Positions 54,250-64,000 of a DNA stretch of 64,000 bases are shown here, one piece after another (position 1 is the stretch's first letter; each line of letters opens with the position of its first letter). The stretch is from Tubiluchus corallicola (Eukaryota; Animalia; Priapulida). The position numbers were made by a program, and so were the translations under genes. Below the pieces are notes generated by a model. It searched no databases. It saw only the letters and a program-made list of their open reading frames with translations, and was not told where the DNA came from. The stretch is taken from NCBI GenBank assembly GCA_030141605.1, contig JAQGDQ010000008.1:1302001-1366000 (forward strand), written 5' to 3'.

Positions 54250-55520
54250 CATTTAAATATTCATAAAAAAATTAATGGGTGGTATTGGGAATTCGATTCA
54301 ACAGTGGGTGTTTTTAGTTTTTCTCTATTCGTTGTAGCTGAATATTTCGCTTTTGTTGTGTAATGAAGTACGTGTGTTAAGGAGTAATTCTAGGCTAATT
54401 CTAGTCTGTCTAGAGAAGTTTTAGATATATTTGAAAGTATGTAGCAGCCATACGTTAAGTGGGGCAAGACCATGGTTTTGTATATTAGTAATTTTATTTT
54501 TGTATTGAGTTGTCCTTTAATTTGTTTCAAGAATAATTTTCCTCGGCTCGTTTTTTGAATAACAGGTTTTATTTGGTTACCAGTTAAGATTTTTGTCTAC
54601 ATCCATGCCGAAACAATTCATTTCTATTGAAAAATATATCTGTAGTATCTCTTGGTGTTAAAAGCATGAAGGTAGTTTTTCTGGGTTAGTTTTAAGTTGA
54701 TGATAGTCGACAATATATTTCATTTCTTCTCCTTTTTTTAACTTGGTTTGGCAGTTACTTGTTATGTTTGACAAAGTGTGATAAATTGCAGTGAGCCTAG
54801 AATTGTACTTGAGGTACCCCACTAATAGTATTGCTCAAATTCGAGTATCTGTCATTTAATCTCATCCTTTGTTTTCTATTAGATAACTAATCTTGACTAA
54901 GTGTGACAGAATAGTTGTCAAATCCAATTTTTTAAATAATATGGTGTATGAGAGGCTGTCAAAAGCCTTGCTCAAATCAAGAAAAGCACAAGCTGTGTAT
55001 TCATTGCTGTTAAAAAATAGTGCTATATTTCAGTCATATAAGTTATTGCGTCTACTGTGCTAGGTTTCTAATAACCAAATTGGTGTTTGTTTAGAATGTT
55101 ATTTTCTTCCAAGCATTTGTGTATCTAGTCATAAATTATTTTTTCAAAAATTTTAGAAACTGCACGTGCAGTAGATATTGGGAGATAATTTTCTGGTGTT
55201 TCAAAGCCCCTTATTCCTGTTTTTGTGTGATAGGTCACCTTTGTGCTCACCCATTTTTAAGGAAGTATTGTTACCTATATTTACTATATCTTCTTGCTGC
55301 TTGTACACTTCAGATTGTTATTCTTGATAATTTTACTTAAGAGTTTTGTGTACTTGTTTTATTTAGAACCTTGTTCATAGCCATCTTTCTATTGACGTTT
55401 TTACATTGATTTTAAACACATATTTTTGTAATGATTATTTTTCAATTTACAGTTTCATGTATTAAAACGGTTTCTTGCTTTTTTTGTACAAGTTATGGTT
55501 TTTGAGCTGTTTTGTCGAAG
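54250..55520 (-). mobile_element. Degraded LINE RT fragment (L2/CR1 group)
   Basis: Minus-strand ACAFLDLSKAFDS (~54960-54993) and GVPQ (~54810); many stops; ends approximate. Confidence 0.6.
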
Positions 55521-55899
55521 AGATGGGTGTAGGATGATGGAAAGTATGTGGAGCAAAGAAATCGAAGGAAGTTGGACATTGGAAGATATAAGTTTAAGTG
55601 AGAAATATGATATAGTTATACAATTTAGGTATAATTATAAGGACTCTTAAAAAGTCAGCCTAAAAAAACACATAAACAAAAATATGAGAAAATTCATTAA
55701 AGTTGCTGCAGATCACGAGATACACTCAAAAACTAAGTTAAAGTTCTTAACCAATGAGCATGATAAATTTAAAGCCAAGCATTATAACTAAGTTAACACC
55801 AAAATAGACAAAAAAGCGTATTAGTGATAAAGCTTAATATGTTACCATATATGTAATTATAAGAGTAAAAATCTTTAAAAAACTTGATCAAGACGTGAA

Positions 55900-57700
55900 A
55901 TGGTAACTTTTCACAAGCCATGGATAACACCAGTCATACTGAAACTAGAAGCCAACTGTTTAATGTATTTAAAAACTATAACAATGTTTATAATAGAAAT
56001 AAATACAAAGTTTATTCGGACAAACTCAACCATATAAAATATTTAGCAAAAAAAGCTACTATCAAGAAATCTTGCAAAATAGTAAAAATAACACAAAGAA
56101 ACTTTGGTCGACCATAAATAGTTTAATTAATGGTAAATTGCAGCAACGCATAACACCAAAAAAAGGTACACAAAGATGACATTCTCTCAAGTGATATAAC
56201 TGATATCTGTCAAGTCACGAACACTTTTTTTGCTTCCATTGGTCCTTGTATGGCATCTAAAATACAACCCACACAACTGTCATTTCAGTCTTTTCTAGGA
56301 TGCCCTTTGCCAAACAAGTTCTTCTTAACACCCATTATTGAAGCTGAAATAAATGCAGCAATAAATAATTTAAATCAGAACAAAGCCACCGGTCATGAAA
56401 ATATTTATATATCATTCTACAAATCAACTGGTGTCAATATTTCCCCTGTTCTAACTAAATTGTTTAACGCTATTACTGAAGGTACGTTCCCTAGCTGTTT
56501 AAAGATAGCTAAAATTATTCCTATTTATAAAGGCGACTCCCCCGATAACCCCACTAACTATAGGCCAACATCTTTACTTTCACCTATCTCCAAAATTTTT
56601 GAAAAATTGCTTTATAACAGACTAATAAAATTTATAAACGACAACAAAATTCTCTTTAGATTTCAGTTTGGGTTTTGCAAAAGATACTGCACATCTTAGC
56701 TATTGCTGAACTTACAGACAATCTGTTACTAAATATGGATCATAATAAGTACACCTGTGCCATATTTTTAGATTTATCAAAGGCCTTTGATACTGCACAA
56801 CATGATATTTTATTAGCCAAACTTCAACACTATGGTATCAGAGGACTGCCTCTTCAATTGCATATTTACACAATAGAAAACAATATACATCTATAGCGAA
56901 TAAAAACTTAGATCTGGTAAATGTACAGTGTGGTGTTCCTCAAGGCTCAACTCTTGGTCCGATTTACACAAATGATCTCCCTTTAAATACTCAATTACAT
57001 ACTAGACTTTTTGCTGATGATACTAACTTTTTCAGTTCTGATACCAACATAAATCACCTAGAAGAATTTCCTAATGTTGAATTAGCCAAAGTAGATCTAT
57101 GGATGAGAGTCAATTGGCTTTCTATAAACTATTCCAAAACTAAATATATGATGATTGGTAATCCGAGAAAAGTAAAAAAATTGACATTAAATTTTGACAA
57201 TGGGAAATACCAGGAAACAATCTGTACAACAAACAAAATATCTAGGAGTATTAATAGATCACAATCTTTCATGGAAAGTACATATAGTAGTAGTAGTAGT
57301 ACTACTACTACTACTACTACATATACAATATATTGTTAATAAAACCAGTAAAATTATAGGTATTTTTTCAAGAATTAGGCATTTCCTGAATTATGATTCA
57401 AAAAAACTTCTATATTCTCCCTTATTTTCACCGTGTTTAGAATACAGCATACTTACCTATGGCTCAGCATTGTATCCCTTTATTACTAATCAAAATAAAT
57501 TTATAAAACTTTGGACAAATACAAATAGAAGAGCCCATGTTACAGCTTTATACCACCAGCATAAAATCTTAAAACTTCAGGATATATGTAACTTAGAGGT
57601 GGCCAAATTTTTTATATAGATTTAAACACAATATGCTTCCTGAAATTTTTCAGAATTACTACAAATCCGTAGCCCAGATGCACGAGTATCATACACAAGA
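55900..57700 (+). mobile_element. Decayed LINE ORF2 (Crack/Daphne-like, L2 group)
   Basis: FPSCLKIAKIIPIYKG, NYRPTSLL..ISKIFEKL, FLDLSKAFDT..HDILL.KL.HYGIRG, CGVPQGSTLGP, LFADDTN, KYLGVLID.NLSWK.HI across frameshifted ORFs. Confidence 0.88.
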
Positions 57701-58799
57701 GTTGCTGGAATATGTTCAAATATCAACGGAAGCAAGAAAGCAAAGAGGTGTTGAGCTGGGAATTTAGCCAAATTATAATAGTTACAAATGGATTATAAGC
57801 ATTGACATTGATTACCTTACTTAATTTAATTGCGTCTCGTACGGTGACATTCATTTGTGCCCACATGTCTATACAGATAGAGTTGACATTGCTGAAACAA
57901 CGAAATAACGGTGTTTTCACTAGTGTTCTATGAACTCGATTCTGAAGTAAATAAAATTCAATTCACTAACTTCAATTTAATTCAATTGTAAATTTACTTC
58001 AGTAATTAAGGACCTAACTAAAATTACACACCCCAACAAAGGCATAGTGTAAAACTGTGGAGCTGAGCACTGAGCAGATATTGAGCAGACGATCCAGGCA
58101 TGATCGAGGTACATCTTGATGTAACTATAAAGAAAACAGAAAGAAATTGAAGTGTTTGAACTAAAGTAGCGACGATTTTTCATATTGACGAGTCGTGATC
58201 ATTGTCATATTGAAATTATGAGGCATAGATAATAATATTACTTACGTAATCTCGTAGTAATTATACATATCTATGGTATGAGGATCCATCTTGAAACAAA
58301 ATTAAGAATCTTTGATGGACTTGTGGAAACTGTGCTCTACAACTCAGAATCGTGAACAATCGAAGCACATCACTAAGCAGAAATAGATGCATTTTAAAGA
58401 AGAAACTATAGGAGCATTCTAAGGTTGTATCAGCTTTAAAAACTTACCTGAACCAAATAAACTATGTTTAAACTAACATTGTAGGAATGAAAGGGCCAAA
58501 TAAAATATCAAACCGGGATCTGTATAATACAGTCAAATGGACAGTTAAAATCAAAAGAAGAAAAGTTGACTAACAGGGTCAAAAACTGAAGATTTTGTAA
58601 ACAATTATATAGTTAATAATTGAAAACATTGAAAAAGATTACCTTCCTTCGATTACCGTCGAATGATGGGCGAAGCTAATACTAGCTTTTTGCCCGTGGT
58701 TGCGATTCGTAACTTCACATAATGTTGTGCATCCGATTAAACACTCTAACAGTTAATGCTATGCCATAGTCTTTAATTTTAATGTAGTCTTAAGTATAA

Positions 58800-59750
58800 G
58801 AGGTGAGCTTTTTAAGTGGTTCATTTACTTTCTTACCCATCATTTCCATTGTGTTCTTCTTAACGGTATAACCACTAAATGGTGCCCCGTTATAAGTGGT
58901 ATCCCTCAAGGACCCTTGACTGGCCCATACTGCTTCTTTATTTTTATTCATGATATTGCCGATTGTATTTCCCCAGTAACTGCATCCCATTATTTGTTGA
59001 TTTAAATCCCTTTTTTCCAATTTGGGACGATCTTGATCATTCTATTTTACAACATGACTTGGATGAAATTTTAGACTGGTGCATGCAGTAAATGGTTAAA
59101 TCCAGTAAATGTGCTTTACTTAGTATATGCCCTAAATCTTTTACAGTTTACTTTCTAAGTAATACTCAAATAGCCGATAAATGTTGTATCAGAGACTTGG
59201 GAGTAATGATTTCTAATGACCTCAAATGGAATTCCCATGTGAATCATATCATTGCAAAAGAAACCATCGTATTGGCATGATTAAGTGGTGTGTGATATCG
59301 AGAAATGCAGCAGTAATTATTCCTCTCTATAAAGCTGTTGTTCGACCCATTCTGGAATGTGTGTCGGTTGTATGGTCTTCCCAGTATGGTGCTCTCAAGA
59401 ATGCTCTTGAAAGAACTCAGGATAGATGTACTCGTCTTGCTATTGATTTGGATCCCAGTTCAATTTCTACTCTCAAGGAAAGGCATGAGACTATAGACTT
59501 TGTGAACTGCTTCTAAATAATTAGTGAAAATACTGTTCTGACTGAAACAGACCTTTTTCCAGGTCTCACAGAATTCTTCATGGTCATGAGTTTAAGTTAT
59601 TTGTACAACCAGATAGAACCAACGTCAGATCACACTGCCTTGGGCATCGCGTAGTTCAACTATGGAATCATCCTTCATCATCAACCATCAGTGATTCATC
59701 AGTTGACAGTTTCAAAAGGCATATGAGAGAGGATCGTTTACAGATAGTTA
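58800..59750 (+). mobile_element. Decayed CR1-like LINE 3' fragment
   Basis: PVISGIPQG, RDLGVMISNDLKWNSHVNHI, LYKAVVRPILE..SVVWS with frameshifts. Confidence 0.75.
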
Positions 59751-60069
59751 CCATCTAGGTCCTTATTTCTTTGGATTAGGTATTCTCCACCAATTGGGTC
59801 CATTTTGGCTGAAATAGGTCGTTTCAGGATGGTTTTTCCATTACTTATTCAGTTGTGACTTAAGTGTGAAGCATCAGTAGCACACCGTACCTTAGTATTT
59901 AATGCATTCCAATCATTGACAGTCTTGAACATAAACCTATTCCTGTTTCTGCATCTGGGCTAAAGATGTCGGCCTTTTCTTTGAAAGTTCTAACTTTGTT
60001 TTATTGAATTTGCTTTGCATGAATGCATAGGAAGTGCACTTCATAATAAAATGGCAACTTGTAACATTT

Positions 60070-60565
60070 CAACCTGTGACCCAGGGGACAGAGGTTAACC
60101 AATCTCGACATAACTGATACCATTCAATTTGTCTCTACAAGCAAGTCGGTTGAAACTGGAAAGCATTTGTTTCCTCGATGTCCCCTATTTTGTCCCCTAT
60201 AGGGGTTGCAGGTTAACCATTTTCATTGTAACCTATGGCATTTGGTTCGCTTCATCGAGACCTTTCATTTGATATGGTACATGGTACTATTCCTAGACAC
60301 TCGATGCATTTCTGTTTCCAGTTCTCATTTTTCGGTTTTTGACCCTATACCTGGGGTCAGAGATCAACCAATCTCAGAGTAACTTATATCATTCAGTTTG
60401 TCTCTTTGAGACCTTTGATTTGATGTACTAGCTTACTACAAGCTAGTTTCGATCGACAATGGAAGGCGTTTCTTTCCTCGACTTCTATTTTGCCCCCTAG
60501 TGAGTCACAGGTTAATGATTCTCATTGTAACATATACCATTCGATTTGCCTCTTCAAGACCTTAC
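60070..60565. repeat. Degenerate ~140-bp tandem repeat (about 4 units, alternating types), likely TE-derived
   Basis: Recurrent GGTTAACCA(A/T)T..CATTC.(A/G)TTTG.CTCT..GAGACCTTT.ATTTGAT motifs. Confidence 0.55.
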
Positions 60566-61452
60566 ATAGAATTTCGTGCACTTTTTAACGATGTATTTGT
60601 CACTGACGTTTGGTTTCTATAACATTGATGTCATTGTAATTACATTGTCGTTATAGGTGTAATGATGATTATGATTCAGTGGCTTTGGCTCACCAGTGTA
60701 GTTTAAGAGTTTTTGAATATTTCCGTCACAATGTGAGTTAAAATATTTTCATTTGGCGTAATTACTTGTGGATCTATTAACTAATTTACGAACACTAATC
60801 GCAACTTTATCTTTGGAATATATTGACGACAGTAAACTTTTACTTTACTTCAGTCAACTGTTAAAATGTTCAAAATTCCCCATGAAACACTGGAACATCT
60901 TAGAAGTCACTACAGCATGGTCTTCAACTATCATTGTAATGCTGTTTTCTGCATTAACATTTGAAGAAGCCTTTGAGCATTGTAACTTTTGAGTTTTGAA
61001 ACATATAGTGTGAATTTCATTCTCCGCACATCGACTTTTTATATAAATACAGGTTTTTATAATTGTGAATAATTAGAAAGAAAAATTTGCGTAATCATAT
61101 TGAACAATACTGGAAGTTGATGCAGTAGGACTACTGCCACTGGAGTAGTGATGCACCCACGGGAGAAATAAGTCAAATAAACTCATAAATTAAACTTGTA
61201 CAATTTCTGCTGGTAGCATATGAAATATAAAAGATACAGCAGAGAGTAGCTGCTGGTGGCTCCAAATCAAAATACATGTAGTGTAGTTAAATAAAATCCA
61301 TTCTATGGAATGTTCTTGCAGTATATAATAGTAAACAAAGCTAATGACTTGTTTTACATTTTGCCCACAGCTAGGTGGTCCATGGCAACGATGAAATCTC
61401 ATAAGTGACTGAATGCTGTTGCCAATAGGCCGTTGATGCAATTCAAGAATCA

Positions 61453-64000
61453 ATGAAGTGTGCACAAGTGAATCAGAAGCTTCTTCCACTTAAATTGTGC
61501 TACTTTTTCTACTATGCAGGTGATTTTAAACTCTGTTATAAATTGCAAAATCATTATTGGTGAATAGCTTTGTCAAAGTAATCTCCAAATGTGGGGTTGG
61601 AGCACACTGAACTAGAGTTCCAGTTGCAGTTTTTAATCTGACTTGTGGTATGTGGGTCGCAAGTTTGAATTAATATTTCAAGGGAAAGCCTAGTCAGGTA
61701 AATTACTGCAGCGTGTGCGTAGGCAAAATCTCAGGTGAGAATATGTTATTTTTAACTTTTGCATTTTTTGTCTTTTGGCAGGTGCAGGGTGTCTTATCCC
61801 ATTTCTTTCTGTTTATCTAAAGGAAGAAGGATGGAATCCGTTAGAAGTTGGAATCATTTACACCATCTTTCCTTTTGTAGCTGTGTTAGGCAAGCCGTTA
61901 GTTGGTGCATTAGCTGATTACTTACGTGCACACAAAATGGTCTTGTTAGTCAGCATCATTTTAGCAATGGCTTTTTTCATGGCAATTTTGCTGGTACCTC
62001 CAATTCACCGCCACGGATTTTCCCATCAGGTGATGCCACAATGTTCTGAGGATGGATCATCAGCAAAACTACTGTATTGTGATGAGTGTCAGTTGTTAAA
62101 AGTCACTGAACCTCAGTCGTGCAAACTCTTTTGTCCAGTGTTCAATATCTTGACAAATGGAACTGTCTTGAGGGAGAATGAAATTACAATTGGTATTGAA
62201 TTGTTAGTTTCTGAACCTGTGGCTGATAATCAACAAATGGCATTTCTTTCTAGCACAACTATGCCGTCTAAGCTTTTTACGGGTGATATTACTACAAATG
62301 AAAACATTAATACTAGTACTATTGCTGTTACTACTAAAGCTGCATTTGTAAATCGTTTGATTTGCAATTCTTATAGTGTCACTTCCACAAAAACTGACAA
62401 TCTCTCAGTTATATGTGGTGCAGTAGAACATGCCAATAATCATCTTTCTTCTTGCACAGTCAAGTGTAGGGTGGACATGTTGCAATGTGCCGTCGTGGGG
62501 CAGTCTGAGAAAGGAGTTCGATTAGTTTGGGAATTCTGGGCTCTACTTGCGCTGTATGTTTTCTCAAAGATATTCTCTTCGTCGAACCTGTCATTGCTGG
62601 ACATGATAACGTGTGTATGTCTTGGTGAAAAAGATGAACATTATGGAAAGCAGAGGCTATGGGGAACGCTTGGGTGGGGGATTTCTGCCTCGATTACTGG
62701 CATTGTCATGTCGGAAGTTCGACGCATAAATAATGCCGAGTACATGAACTTCAATCCTGCATTTTATTTGTATTTTGGCTTCATGGTAACAGTGGTTATC
62801 ATTAGTCTCATGCTTACTGTAAAAGTTGATCATCAATCTCAGAATATTGCCAAAGACGTGTTTAAAACTTGTCGAAAGCCGGCTGTATTTGTATTTCTGC
62901 TTGCAGTCATAGCACTTGGAATCCAATTTGGTGTATTAATGGCATTTAGTTTATGGTATCTTGGTGATTTGGGTGCATCAGAACTGCTGTATGGTCTTAA
63001 TTTGACTGCAGAGACTATAGGAGAGGTGCCATTCCTATTTATTTCTGGTTACTTGATAAAGAAAATTGGACATGTTAGGTGCTTGTATCTTGCCTTTTTA
63101 GGACATGGTGCTCGGTACCTTATTTTTTCTTTTCTGAGAAATCCGTGGTGGTCTCTTGCCCTGAATCTTTCTCATGGACTTTCGTGTGGGTTGATGGTTG
63201 CCACAGCTGTGTCCTACTGCAATCTAATTTCACCAAGAGGAACTGCGGCCACTATGCAAGCATTTGTTGCTGTTTTGTTTGACGGAATAGGTAATCATCA
63301 CGTTCATGCATAATTTGTAATACATTTACTCAAGCTATTATTCCTTGAGATGCTGCATACAAGTAATGTGCATGTCCTGCGATCACACTTTAGTGATAGT
63401 ATGCCCAAGAAACTTTAATGCTGCTGTTCTTCAAGTTGATAATAAATGTAAGTTTGCAAAACTATCTTTTTGGTGTAAAGAAATTCAAAAGTAAATTTGT
63501 TGGTCGTAAATCTAGCTTTCAGTTGTGAAGGATTTACGTTATTATATACAAATGCAGTTTAATATTATTACCTAATTTAAATTTGCAAATTTGCTTTGAT
63601 TTTTGAGAGAAGCGTGGACAGAAAATAATTTTCCAATTCACAAACTCTTGAGGCTGCTAACTACAGTGTAGAACAGTTTGCAGGTAGAGTGGTGGTATGG
63701 AACCCTACCACTTCAGGTACAATTAGACTACGTGTCTAATTATCAAAAGTCTTTTCTGTATTTGCAACTGTAACTTTCAAAATGTTGATGTTGCACTTGA
63801 CCTTTTAATTTGTCTCACCCTTGATTTGTATAGCACTGTTATTACTATGAACTATGTTTTTTACTCTTAGGCTCAGGGTTTGGTAGTTTGATAGGAGGTT
63901 TCATATATGAGGAGTACGGAGGTGCCATTACATTTCGAAGTTTTGGCATTGGTGCTATTGTTTGCTGCTGCCTCTATGCCTTAGCTCAGTTGTTTGTCAC
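61453..64000 (+). CDS. MFSD6: MFSD6-like major facilitator superfamily transporter, join(61453..61519,61782..63290,63871..>64000)
   Basis: MKCAQVNQKLLPLKLCYFFYYAG | AGCLIPFLSVY..G...KPLVGALAD...YGKQRLWGTLGWG...EVPFLF.SG.LIKKIGH...ATMQ..FDGIG | SGFGSLIGGFIYEEYGGAITFR; both introns GT..AG and phase 1. Confidence 0.87.

Overview
AT-rich invertebrate (probably protostome) nuclear DNA. Left half: the 5' part of a spliced minus-strand twitchin/projectin-like muscle gene (8 I-set Ig domains on 12 coding exons, continuing off the left edge), with a ~21 kb intron full of MITEs, micro/minisatellites and LINE debris. Right end: a plus-strand MFSD6-like MFS transporter gene (3 exons seen). The stand-out feature is a young BEL/Pao LTR retrotransposon (46045-52347, minus strand, LTRs identical except for one A, ATAAT target-site duplication). 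Its single Gag-Pol ORF carries an N-terminal SAP motif and a complete, intronless, in-frame glycogenin (GT8) catalytic domain ahead of the Gag core, with the catalytic residues and the auto-glucosylation Tyr retained. The RNase H/integrase part is deleted and frameshifted. Next to it is a short internally deleted RTE element whose 5' end coincides with the cleavage site of a twister ribozyme. All calls come from reading and translating the sequence by eye and recalling family motifs; no searches were run.
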